The notes under the pieces: generated by a model
What the model saw: the letters and a program-made list of their open reading frames with translations, nothing else
What the model was told of the DNA's origin: nothing
Database searches by the model: none
In this document: positions 49,339 to 60,860 of the stretch, one piece after another
Layout: every line of letters starts with the position of its first letter
Numbering within the stretch: the first letter of the stretch is position 1
Program-made: the position numbers and the translations under genes
Virus record (IMG/VR): IMGVR_UViG_3300028146_000010
Coordinates: 1-64,000 of that record
Origin: a virus
Strand: one strand, 5' to 3'
DNA length: 64,000 bases

Positions 49339-52300
49339 ATGTATCCACGAACTAACTATGAAATGACTGAGGATGATTTGAAAGCAATCCTCGCCGCGTG
49401 CAAGCCCACGCCCGTCATGTTTCTTTCCGGTGGTACGCCGATGGGGCCGTCTCAACAGGAGAACGCTAATCGAGCATGGGCGGAACTCGGCAAACGCATG
49501 GGCTTCGATTATATGACCGTGCGGCCCGTTGCAGGTAAAAGCCAACGGTTCTTTACGGCAGTGCCTAGCGAGACGGAAGCGCAGTGCACCGAACGGCTAG
49601 CGCGTGAGGCCGAGGAAAAGCGGCAAACGGAAATCATCAAACTCCAAACCGAAATAAGTGAGCGACAGGACAAGTTGGCCGCGCTAGAAAACTTATGACT
49701 AACTATAAATGGTACATCGGCACTATGAACGATGGCTTATTCATTATCGATCAGCCGCCACAGCCAGCACCAATTGACTACGCCTGCGGAATTGACCACG
49801 ACGTTAATGTTATCGCCGCGATGGGTAACGACCGCATTAGAACAGAGGCTATTGTTGCGGCGCACAATGAAACTATCGGGCGTTGCGCAAAGTGTCAAAT
49901 GCTCATTGCTTGCGAGCATGGCAATCATTACGCGGTAGAAGAAACTTAACAGCTGCACTCCACGCCGGGCGTATGGTGGATGGCGGAAAGGGAGAACAAA
50001 ATGAAAAACTGTCGTGCATGTGGGATTAACATTGACGATGATGAGATTTGCGACGAGTTGGGCCTGTGCTCTCTGTGTTCTGAATTAAACGTGCTAGCTC
50101 AGGACTTTGGCTATGACGAAATCCGACGAGTGTTGCCGATGCTGGAAGAGTTAGGTAGCCGCGAGTCTGAAACTTTAGGTGAGTCGAGCGTGGCGTAACC
50201 GCCGCCGCCCCTCAGCGAGCGGGGTGAAGGATGACGAACGGAGAGTTGACATGGTAAAGCAACGATTAAGAATTGGCAGTCACGTAAGACTCATTCGGAC
50301 GCCAAAAGCGGGAACGGCCAAGATCGTCAAACGTCTTAGTGATATTAGAGGCGGTGTGGTGCTGGATAGTAAGCTGGACGGTTTCCGATGTTGGAATATC
50401 CAAGACCTTGAGCGCGTGCCCCAAGACAGGAAGGTTGCATGAGTGAAGTGAAGGACAGACCGCCGCAACAGCATAGTTTCGTACCGGGAACGGGTACGGC
50501 ACGAGATAGCAATGAACCCGCGTGCGCAGTGTGCTTTAACGAGGAATCGTTTATTTACCATCAACAGCTGCCGCCTAATCAGTGCGCGGACTGTCAGGCA
50601 GGCGGATATTTCCACATGGGCAAAGGCAACGTGAATTTAATTTACCTCTGCCCTCGCCACGCTGCGGTTGACGAGCTAGTAGAGGCGCTGCAACGAATTG
50701 CCAGATCGCCCGATCACTTAGGCGCGGCATTCGTCAACGATTTTGCCGTTAAGATAGCTACCGCTGCTCTTGCTGTTATTGAAAGGCAAGGACTATGAGT
50801 GAAGTGAAGGAAGTTGCGCCACAGCGTAAATGGTATTGGAGCGATGCTGGTTATCCCTTGCGTTTCCGAATGCCCGAAGAGGTCGAAACATGGCATCCCA
50901 GCGTTGCCTATCCGGTTAGTCAACCAGAAGGGATATTTACGCGAATCTTGTGGCCCTACGGCGCTTTGTACGACACGAAATCAGAAGCGTTAAGAGCGGC
51001 GATTGCTGCGCAAGAGAAATGCGTCGAACAAGCCACTGACAGACTGAACCGACTCCGCGCTGCTCTCGCCTCAGTTACAGAAGGGAAGGGTGGGAAGTGA
51101 GCAGTTATTGTCCTGATTGTGGTGAGCGAGCTTGTAATCGCGGAGTCTGCTCGAACTGCCAAGAAGAATTGTATATCGCGTCATTTCAAAGCGAGTACAT
51201 CGACGAACCATTATCAGATGAATTCATGGACAAAGCCGCCGAGCAGAGAAGGTATTTGAATCAACGCGAAATGGAACGGGAGCCGAAGCAATGAGTACAG
51301 CAATCACCCACATACACGCCGCCCTAGACCTGAGAGCGCGAGAACTGGTGGAAGCGGCCAGAATCCGCCAGCTTGAGGAATGTGAGATTTCAGCTTTAGC
51401 AAGCCTCTGCGATCCGCCAAATGCCGAAGGCTGGATAACCTCTGAATGCCACGAGTGCTTGGAAATCGAGACACTGAAAGGCTCGCAACGGGAACTGGCC
51501 GAGCATCTCTACAACGCAGGATATATGGTCTATCACAGGCAGATGATTTGCCGGGAGTGTCAGGCGCGATGAGCATACTTATCTGCAACTGCGGCGAACC
51601 CGCTACCAGCGAACGAGACGACGGAACGCCGATCTGTGACGAGTGTAGGCCGAGTCCGACCCCGTGTTCCAAGTGCGGCAGACCAACGACATTTGATCCG
51701 ACTTACGGCAATTTATGTTATCGGTGTATCAGGGCGGACAATGAGTGAGGGGTTGAGCATGGAGAGTAAATCACCAGAGCAGCCGTCTTTCTTCGTTATA
51801 TTGTACTGGAGCATCTTATTCTTGAATCTACTGTTGATGACGGTTTGGGATATCAAGCCAATGCACCGAGCGATTGACCAGATCGAAAGGATGGCCCCGT
51901 GCAGTCAAACAAAGTGAACCCGCAATCAGGTGACAAGCGCGAACTGAATCGCATCCGTCGTAACATCAACGATCCGTCTCATTACGGCAAGGTGGTTAAT
52001 GGTGTTCACACTTGGGACGTGGCTGAAATCTTCAAAGACTTTCGCGCCGTGATTCAGATAGCGCGTCGGGCGCTTAAAGCAAAGGAAACAAAGTGAACCA
52101 ATCACCAGAAGATAGTCAGGGAGGGCGACCCGTGAATGATGGCAAGTTCTATGTAATTACGCACGGCCCGTCTCAATCTTATGTTTCTACAGTTCACACT
52201 TCAGACTGTCCGATGTTTAAGCGTTTCAGACATGCGCACGTGTGGGATCGAGACCCGCGCCGTGAAGATAAGTTTAATAAATATCATAGCTGTCCGCGTT

Positions 52301-55300
52301 GTACGGGTAAGACTGAAAACAGGAGAGATAGGTATGACCCCTCAATCACCATCAGCCACCACACCGGCAGTGAGGGCAGCGGAGAAAGTCGTTGACGATA
52401 TTGATTTCAACGGGCCGTCTTCTTATTCCCTGCGCCAGCAGAAGGTAGAGCATTTTGCATCTTTGATTGATGTGGAATTTGCCGAGGTAATGGACGTGCT
52501 GCGTGAGGCGCGGAAGTCGGCCTTGATTACTAGATACGCTCGTATTCCGAATAGTTCTTGAACAGAATGCCGTATGTGTAAATGGAGCGGGAGACACGCC
52601 TGAGACAGTCGGCCATAGCAGTAGCTGTTGGGTCAGCCAAGGCGCAGAGATTATTGGAGGGCGAAGAATGAAACTGGAACAATTCTTAGATGAAGTTACG
52701 CCAACTCCGGTCGTTTCAATAAGGCCGGAAGACTACTATACGGTTCTAATCGAACGCAGCGGTGCGGCAGACGGAGGAAAGTTAAAGATGTCGGAAATTA
52801 AAGCACTCGCCCTTAAAGCGGAAATCCGTGATGCCGTAGAAAGCGGCGACAGCGGTGCGCTAGTTGACGTGCTAATAGAAATCGTGGATTGGATGGTCGA
52901 GTTTGAGGATGAGTTAAGAGGAGATGTCGGCCTATGACCACCCAACCTGACCAGCGGCAATGCGTGAAGTGGAGGAAACGATGAGTAGTGAACCAAACAG
53001 CCAATTAACAGCCGAGCGCCCGGACATCTGGGATCGTGCCGTCACTCTTGCTACATCGGTAGAACCACAGCCACGGCGGGAGAGTGAACGGCAGATTCGT
53101 TGTCACAGTCCACTGTGCTCGTTTACTTATTCACCTCCTGATTGTGAGATGTGCGGCGGAACTGGTTGGCACTTCTGCAACTGTCAGAACGAAACATGGA
53201 GGATCATCAATCAGAAATGGAGAAAGGTCGCCGATGATCCATCGTTATTGACGAAGGAAGAGGCCGATCTGGTTATTGGAGCAATTCCGTTAAATGCACT
53301 GCCTCGGCAAGAAAAATGTGAACATGCTATTTCACTGACTGAAGACTACGTGGGCCTGACTAAAGATTGTCCGATACATGGCGTACAGGCTATTCGTAAT
53401 CATCCACGCAGACTCCGAGCGACGGAAAGCGAAACAGCTCTCAGCCGAGCAGGAGGATGAATAAATGGCCGATCTGTTAACAGAACAACTTTATGGCGAA
53501 GGGGCGTTTCGTGCCATCGGTAAATTCATCGTGCATGGAGATGGGCCGCACAAACGCAATGTTCACCTCTTCGCGGGAGTGATTGCCGGGGATGCGCCAC
53601 AAGGAGCAGACGGTAATCATCAAATGTGGGAGTGCGAAATCATCGTAATTCCTCGTCGCAAATTTCGAGACGACGGACGATTCAATGGTCATCGCATAGA
53701 CCAATTACTTACCGGGCACTTTGGCGATAGGGAGATGTGGGAACAACCGCCATATTGGGAGAAAAACGATGTCTGAAATAGACGAACTCAAAAAAGAGAT
53801 TGAGCGACTAACCAAAGTGGAAGGTCGCCAACGAAAGTTGATTGAGCGCAACCAGATACTTGAACTGGAACTTGCGCGAGTCGCCGCTCCCGTCGCCGCT
53901 AGTGAAGGGGAGGGTGAGTACATTGAGCACGAATGCTCGCATCAAACGCTAGCAGAGTGTTGTGAACTGTGCGTACAGAACGATCAGATAACCATCGCCA
54001 ATCTGTCAGGCAGAGTCGCGGAACTTGAATTGCAACTCGCCGTCGCTACCGCTTCCAATGGCAGCGAGGTTGTTCGAGACTCTGGAAAGGTGGAACAAGA
54101 TGCGTAGTCCAAAAGCAATCAAGCAATGCGCGGAATGGCTGAGATGCTGTCTCAGCATTGGATGGGCGAAAGCCGATCTTGATGCGCTTGAAAGTCTGTG
54201 GTGGCAGTATCACGATGAGAATGGAGAGTTGAAATAGCAATGCCTGAGCCTACCCCAGAGATACGGGAGAAGGCGGAGCAACCTGATGCGATAATTTCGC
54301 CCATACCTGACGAGCTTTGCCCGCATGTTGAGCTAGGCGAGGAAATGGTGGGCGGGTTCGTCTTTGATGCTGAGAGTCCGAAGGTGAGTGTTGGCATGTG
54401 TGCCCTGTGTCTCACTACCTGTCAAGCGGAGTTCGTGACCGCAGAGCCATTTCATCTGTACCGGAGAACACAATGAGCGAAGACTATGATCGGTTGAAAG
54501 CTCGCAAGGATATGCTGGCTGAAAAAAGAACAACGTGCCGCTATCGTCCCGCCTCCACTCCGGCACTGGCAGATGAGGAGATGGATGAGATACTGGCGAG
54601 ATGTGAGAAGGCGACGCCTGATCTTATTTTACCTGAAGACGGAACATCAGTGACGGCTGAGCACCTTGTGGGGCCGATTGCCGAGTTCTATATTGTGGGC
54701 GCAAACGTAGCAGATCGGGAAACGCTTATAGCCCGAGCGCAAGCCAATGCTCAGTTTTATTTTCATGCCCGCACGGACATTCCCCGCTTAGCCGCACGGG
54801 TGAGGGAAGCGGGGGCGGAGGCGCAATCCGCGTTCAACCAAGGCGCGTGCGCGATGGCAGAACAAGCGGCGCAGCATGTCAAGCGGAAAGCCGATGAATG
54901 GCGAATAGTGGCCGCTGAATATGAGCAAGCAGGACGCAGCGGAAAGGTACAGCGAGAACGTGCGCTCGTATTAGACGCTATCGTTGAGGAGATTCGATCT
55001 CTTCCCGTTGCCGCTGAACTCGCCCGCCTCACCCCAACCAGAGAAGCAGCGGAGGCGAAGGCGCGGGAAATCGTCAGTGATGTAACTAACAAGTACGGCG
55101 CGATCTATCCAACTCAAGATTTAGTTGACCGCATTGCCGCTGCGATCTCAGGAGAGGGGATGAAGTGAAAATTAAGTTCTACGACGAGGAGTTACCACGC
55201 AAGCCGAGTGAGGATCATTCCGTATGTCCTTATCGCCTGCGCATTTTGCTTTGATGCGGCAGGGAAGCATCCCTCGCGGAGTCTGCTTAGCGGGAACGCA

Positions 55301-55334
55301 ACGGATTGGCTGATCGCCCTTCTGAAAATAAAGT
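49339..55334 (+). other. cluster of about 20 small accessory ORFs, many with CxxC motifs; 54473..55168 has an Ead/Ea22-like ANAQF..HARTDIPRL motif
   Basis: Dense coupled ORFs with RBS. Confidence 0.7.
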
Positions 55335-55345
55335 GAAATTGGGTA

Positions 55346-55374
55346 TTGACACGCTCACTCACACATGTTAATCT
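55346..55374 (+). promoter_or_regulatory. sigma70-like promoter of the recombination operon
   Basis: TTGACA-17-TAATCT, 8 nt before ATG 55383 of a 48-aa zinc-ribbon ORF. Confidence 0.65.
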
Positions 55375-55913
55375 TTGCGCCCATGACGAAACAAAGACCA
55401 CTTTGTAGTAATTGCGGCAGCGGTAATTTAGTTTACCGCGAGAGAGATAAGACCTTTCTCTGTCGGCGTTGTGGGCAACGGTTTAAGGGCGTGCAAGCGC
55501 GCACTGGAAAGAAGGCGGGGAATGGCTGACTGTTTACGACCAAGCGTGGCGTTGCTATCGAAGCTGGGGTCTATCGTTATCCACTTGGACGAGGCGCTAT
55601 CAAGTGACGGCCACTACTTTGACAAGGTTTCGCTTGAACAGTTACAGAGCGATCCTGAAGTGGCTGCGTGGATTAAGTCGATGGACGCTATGGCGCTAAT
55701 ACCTAAAAAGAGAAGTGAGACGAAAAGGTAGATAATGGCAACGGCAATGGGCCTGCTGCGGCGACTATTCCACGAACCCTGCGATGAGGTGTTGGTTGAC
55801 ATGGCCTTTGACGACCGTGGGATTTGGCTATCTTATGAATGCGCGGTTTGTCGGACGGTTCGTAAGTATTATCTGCTTGGAGAGCGGCGGGGAGAAACGA
55901 AGGTTGAAAATAA

Positions 55914-56768
55914 ATGACAACAAAAGCACAACCAGCGGTCGAAACAGCCGACCTAGCCATCGGCCAACCACAACCCTTTGATGAGTCGCTCAAGATGGCG
56001 GCGTACGGCGTCACGGGGGGCCGCAAGACGTTACAGATTGGTCATCTAATCGAGACGTTTGGCGCTGAGAACGTCGGCATAATCAACTGCGAGCATGGGT
56101 TGGGCACCATCGGCAGCTTGACCGACAAACGCTACGTGTACGTCGCGCACAACTTGGCCGACTTGCGTGCTGCGTGGGGTTGGGCTAACGAACGGTTTAC
56201 AGGCCGCGACCAATGGGTGTGCGTGGATGGCGGGTCACGGGCGCTCGACTGGATCAACCACGCCATATTCAAGGGTGCGCAGGATGCGCTCGAAGGGTTG
56301 ATTGATAATCCGCAGCGTAACCTGCTCGACGCGGACATCCGCAAGTACGCCAGCTATGTGAGCAAGGATATGGATTTGAATAGCCAGCAGATGTGGTGGC
56401 GCACGGGGTACGAGTGCTCACAACTACTCGACGCGTTCATCAAGATCGGCAGCAACATGTACTGGACGTTTTGGGAAGATCAGACCTCCATCAGCCAGTA
56501 CGTCAAGGGTGCGCCGTGGATACCTGAGACACCGGGCAAGGGCGCGCTGAACGCGGTCAAAGGGGCGTTCGACTTCATCTTCCGGCTGGTGCCGAGCGGC
56601 GACAGTGTGACCGCCATCTTTCGCAACCCACAGGGTAATAACGCCAATTACACCAAGACGCGGGATGATTGGCGCGGCGGTGTTAAGCTGCCCGATACCA
56701 TACCGAATTTTAATCTGGGTGAACTCGTGAAGCTCATCCGTCCGACCAACAACCAACCAACCGAATAA
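55914..56768 (+). CDS. Sak4-like AAA ATPase (AAA_24)
   Basis: YGVTGGRKT Walker A variant, INCEHG, VCVDGGS, FDFIFRL, YTKTRD; followed by SSB and exonuclease. Confidence 0.75.
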   Translation: MTTKAQPAVETADLAIGQPQPFDESLKMAAYGVTGGRKTLQIGHLIETFGAENVGIINCEHGLGTIGSLTDKRYVYVAHNLADLRAAWGWANERFTGRDQWVCVDGGSRALDWINHAIFKGAQDALEGLIDNPQRNLLDADIRKYASYVSKDMDLNSQQMWWRTGYECSQLLDAFIKIGSNMYWTFWEDQTSISQYVKGAPWIPETPGKGALNAVKGAFDFIFRLVPSGDSVTAIFRNPQGNNANYTKTRDDWRGGVKLPDTIPNFNLGELVKLIRPTNNQPTE

Positions 56769-56782
56769 GGAGAACCGAAACG

Positions 56783-57241
56783 ATGAGTCAAGTTGACTAT
56801 AGCGCATATGATGATTTCCTGAAAGATGCTGACAAGGACAACCGGGTGGGTGACCACGAGGCGGTCATCAGCTCGATTGTGGATGACACATGGCCTTCGG
56901 GTGACGCCCGCAAGAAGGTGATGTTCACACTCAGTACGGCCAATAATGCCGTGGCCGACCTGACCATTAGCGATTTGCCGTCACCTGAGACTTTAGCCGC
57001 AGAGGGCGCGGGTTACGATGCTGGCAAGAAGAAAGCTATCGCTAGCGGCATCAACATTCGCAAACAGCTTGCGACGCATTACGGCAAGACCACGGACGAT
57101 CTGGCCGAAGGTGACGGGTTTAAGGTGAAAACCATTAAGACCCGCGTGGACGCCGAGGGTAAGGGCGGATTCATCCGAGTGATCGCCTTTCTGCCAAAAG
57201 ACCACGCCGTCAACGGCAAGAAGTCGGATATTCCCTTCTAA
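56783..57241 (+). CDS. single-stranded DNA-binding protein-like
   Basis: OB-like pattern, C-terminal SDIPF; follows Sak4-like gene. Confidence 0.7.
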   Translation: MSQVDYSAYDDFLKDADKDNRVGDHEAVISSIVDDTWPSGDARKKVMFTLSTANNAVADLTISDLPSPETLAAEGAGYDAGKKKAIASGINIRKQLATHYGKTTDDLAEGDGFKVKTIKTRVDAEGKGGFIRVIAFLPKDHAVNGKKSDIPF

Positions 57242-57250
57242 GGAACGCCA

Positions 57251-58042
57251 ATGCCAATCACCGCATGGGATTGTCCTGAATGCCACCGAGCAGCGCCGCT
57301 TGACCATTACGAGTCGGGCGGTGCCTGCTCGCTGGCTGTTCACCCGGATTACGTGGCTGCGGTGCTGGCGGATAGCGCCAAGCGGGCTGATAAAGCATGG
57401 CCCACGGTAACGATGGGGCTAGGTTGTGTTCGGGCCGCAGCCATCCAGCAGGACGAGGATGTATCTATCAACCCGCTGGACGTGAACGCTATGCTGACGG
57501 GTAGCGCGTGGCACGCGGTAATGGATCGTGGGGCACCGGATAACGAGGTAGAAGTCAGCGGGCAATTAGGCGGTATGGTGGTCACGGGCACGATTGACCG
57601 CGTGCGCAAACTAGCCGATGGGCGGGTGATTATCGAAGATTGGAAACATGGCAATTGCTTCAGCCGCAAGTACGCCACGGCTGCTAAGCCGGAACATGTG
57701 GTGCAGGTGAGTTTGTATGCCGAGTTGTACGCCCAGATGTACGACATTAAGCCGAGTGCCGGGGTTGTTTGGTATCACTACACGTCATCACCCGCGCTGA
57801 TACCTCGCGCCGTGGAGCTATGGAACGTTGAGCGATGCTTAGCCCATCACCCTTACGACGCCGATTGGACGGTCGGGCAACTGCTCCGATTGGCCGATGA
57901 CTACGATAACCGTTGCGTTCCGGCCAAGTGGCAGGACTTGCCGTTGGTGGGCGCAACCATCAAGTTTGGTAACAAGACGGGTTGTGAGTATTGCTCGGTT
58001 AGAGCGATCTGCATGACCGCTGCGACGGGGGCACCGTTCTAG
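57251..58042 (+). CDS. Cas4-like PD-(D/E)XK exonuclease
   Basis: GSAWH, GTIDRV, IEDWK, QVSLY and CEYCSVRAIC Fe-S motif. Confidence 0.85.
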   Translation: MPITAWDCPECHRAAPLDHYESGGACSLAVHPDYVAAVLADSAKRADKAWPTVTMGLGCVRAAAIQQDEDVSINPLDVNAMLTGSAWHAVMDRGAPDNEVEVSGQLGGMVVTGTIDRVRKLADGRVIIEDWKHGNCFSRKYATAAKPEHVVQVSLYAELYAQMYDIKPSAGVVWYHYTSSPALIPRAVELWNVERCLAHHPYDADWTVGQLLRLADDYDNRCVPAKWQDLPLVGATIKFGNKTGCEYCSVRAICMTAATGAPF

Positions 58043-58494
58043 TGGCTGACTTCCCGCGCATTGTGGTGGACACTCGTGAGCAAATACCGCTGGACTTCGG
58101 GGCCGACGTTCCAACCGTGCGCCGCAAGCTCGACAGCGGGGATTACAGTCTCGAAGGATTTGACAAGTACGTGAGTGTCGAGCGAAAGAATTGGGCGGAT
58201 GCGTGGGGGTCGATGTCGGCTGGTCGTGGGCGGTTTGAACGGTGTGTTGAGCGGCTGGCAAAGCTCGATAGAGCAGCCATCGTCATTGAATGTACGCTAG
58301 CGGGCCTGTGCGAGCGACCCATGCAAATCCAGCGGACGAACGCGGCCAGCGTGGTTGGCGGGTTTATCAGTTACAGTGCGCAGTACGCCATCCCGGTGTT
58401 CTTTTGTGGTAATCGAGAGTTTGCCGCCCGAGTGACTCTGAGATTCCTAGCCAGTTGGCATAAACACCGACGGCTGATAGCAACGCGGAGATAG
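58042..58494 (+). CDS. ERCC4-domain nuclease
   Basis: IVVDTREQ...LDSGDYS...VERK. Confidence 0.9.
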   Translation: MADFPRIVVDTREQIPLDFGADVPTVRRKLDSGDYSLEGFDKYVSVERKNWADAWGSMSAGRGRFERCVERLAKLDRAAIVIECTLAGLCERPMQIQRTNAASVVGGFISYSAQYAIPVFFCGNREFAARVTLRFLASWHKHRRLIATRR

Positions 58495-58597
58495 AACGGC
58501 GGTTGGCGGACGCGCAGGCCAATCGTGCTCAGTTTCACGTAGCAGATTAATCCACCTATGACTTTGGGGAGTGGATTGCGGGGCGTGAGGCGGAAAC

Positions 58598-58810
58598 ATG
58601 CAAGCTAACAGAACTATTGTAACGCGAGTGAAAGCCGCTGTGAAAGCGGGCATTCCCGTCACTGTGGACGGCTGGCTGGTTCGTGATGCACGGATATTTG
58701 AAGGTGAAATAGAATTCGACTGGGCCGGGACGCCCGAGTCGCTATGGACTGCCGTTCAGCCGAATTTCATGGCGACCGTGGACGGGAAGTTGGTTATTGA
58801 AACGGATTAA
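58598..58810 (+). CDS. hypothetical protein
   Basis: 70 aa with RBS GAGG. Confidence 0.55.
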   Translation: MQANRTIVTRVKAAVKAGIPVTVDGWLVRDARIFEGEIEFDWAGTPESLWTAVQPNFMATVDGKLVIETD

Positions 58811-58811
58811 G

Positions 58812-59478
58812 GGTTCCCCGCCCACCACCCCACGGGCCAGTCTGACTACCAGTGAGTTGCTATTGCGCACGGTCAGTCGGCGGCTTCGTTCCAAGCAAGG
58901 GGTGGTGGGTGTGGGGAATAAAGGGTCTTTGAGTTAAGTTTGCGGCGGTCATAGAGGGCGGTGGCATTGAAAATATGAGCCGACTCACCGTTGAAAGTCG
59001 GAGCGGGGATGCTACCGAGCGACCTGACTCCGCGCAAGGAGCAACGGAACTGGTGGGGTCTATCGCAAGGTAGCGTCGAAACTTATTACCAGCCGTTGCC
59101 ACTGATATTTGACGGGTTTGCTTGTGCGGCGGTGTGGATGGCACACACACATAGCGGGGTTAAGGGGACTGCGCTGGATGCGAGAACTACGGACAAGTAG
59201 CGATCAGGCCACGTCAAAGGCTCGCGAAATAGTAGCCGTATATCAACAGAGCCAGCATACAACCAAGTCGGTTTCGAGTCCGGCCCGCACAAGCAATTCA
59301 ATTTGGTAGCAAGCCAAACGGGAAGTCGGATATTTGTAGGTGGCAAACCCGTAAGCGCATCAATGTACGGCTATAGGCCGAGTGACCGACACAAGGGGTC
59401 TAAGGTGCGCGATAAAAGTCGAAACCTTCTGAGGTCTGGGGCGAACCAAGAGCAGAATCGCCTCTCTAATTTCTGATG
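58812..59478 (+). ncRNA. putative large structured non-coding RNA region
   Basis: About 670 nt without a credible ORF; consecutive multi-stem domains with GNRA-type loops. Confidence 0.6.
59118..59296 (+). ncRNA. tRNA-like element with expanded central domain
   Basis: 12-bp closing stem TTGCTTGTGCGG/CCGCACAAGCAA, D-like arm GTGT-GGATGGC-ACAC, T-like arm GTCGG-TTTCGAGT-CCGGC. Confidence 0.6.
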
Positions 59479-60725
59479 CAAAGGAGAAACAGATGAGTCC
59501 CGAAACTGTAAAACAGCAACGACCCTGCTTTATGTGCAACGGTACGGGTCAAATGTGCGATATCTGCGGTGAAGCTGAAAACGTCTGCGACTGTGATGAT
59601 GAAGCGATTCTTGTGGATTGCTCGGACTGTGAAGGCTCAGGAATCGCGTCAGCAGATCGAGAGCAATTAAACTAAAGGAGCCACCACCATGACCCCCACC
59701 GACGACGACCTCAGCCGCAAACTCTGCGGGCTGACCAATGCGGAAATTGTGGCGAGGCATCTGGCGCTGCGGGGGAGCAACGCGATGAGGTATCCACGGG
59801 CGGAGAATGCGTGCGTGCATCGGTGTAGCGCAGGAGACTGCCGTTGCTTTTTATTTCCACATGGGCCAGAGACGCCACATGAGTTCAGTTCAGGTTGTGG
59901 TTTATCCAGAAAGGAATAGTAAAGGCGTGGCTGGAAGGAATAAATGGCAGTTACCGGAATCGGCCATTACCGCCGACGCGAGGCGACGACGAAAGTGGCT
60001 GATAACCGAAAAAGGCAAGGAGTACCTTCAGAAGCGCAAGATTGCTGGTTACAACAAAAAGTATAATGACGCCCATAGAGAAGATGCCCGCATTAGAACG
60101 GTGGCATATAGGCTGCGATTCAAGATTGAATGCTTTACGCACTACTCAAATGGGCCAAATCCTTTTTGCGCGTGTTGCGGGGAATCGGATATAGGAGTGC
60201 TTTGTTTGGATCATATTAACGGCGGAGGTAATCGACATCGGCGTGAAATAGCAAAATATTTTACCATCACGCTAGCCCGAAACACCTTTCCAGATACGTT
60301 GACGAGTTCACCTTTCGACTGAACTTCGGCAACGTCAAAATCCATACTTTGAAACGGCTCGATTCCTTCATTGCCGCCGTTGCTAACAAACGAATCACTT
60401 ACGAAGAACTGACTGCGGAGGTCTAAATCATGCTCTTCGATTTCATCACTGTCTTTTGGTTTGGCCTCTGCATCGGCTTTGTTTTGGGCTGGTGGCGTCA
60501 CGCCGTTCGGAGGACTGTATGAGTAAAAGTGTAAGCCAAAAGAATCCGGGACAACGTGGGGCAAGCGCGGTAGTTCCGTCGTGGCTCTTGGAAGAGCAGG
60601 ACGAACCGCCCCGAGAAGCGACCTGCGAATACTGCGGACGAGTTTATGAGCCTGAATCCTCCACAGCAACGCGCTCGGAGTCTTGGTGTTCCGATGTCTG
60701 CGAGGATAGGCATTGGGAAGGCTGA

Positions 60726-60860
60726 ATGACGAAGAAACTAAAAACCCCAGAAGTCTTAGATCGGATCGTGGATCGGGTGTTGGCCTTTCGCCCGAAGCCA
60801 GTAACAACCAAGGCCAAAAAGCGGAAGAGAAAGGCAAAGAAAAATGCGCAACAAAAGTAG
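60726..60860 (+). CDS. 44-aa basic peptide within IS remnant
   Basis: MTKKLKTPEVLDRIVDRVLAFRPKP...KKRKRK. Confidence 0.6.
   Translation: MTKKLKTPEVLDRIVDRVLAFRPKPVTTKAKKRKRKAKKNAQQK

Noticed and set aside
57251-58042. Cas4-like gene as sign of a CRISPR system
   Set aside because: No repeat-spacer array or other cas genes seen; context is a standard Sak4/SSB/exonuclease module.
59118-59296. tmRNA or functional suppressor tRNA
   Set aside because: No G3-U70 alanine determinant, no tag ORF, no 7-nt anticodon loop, no CCA.
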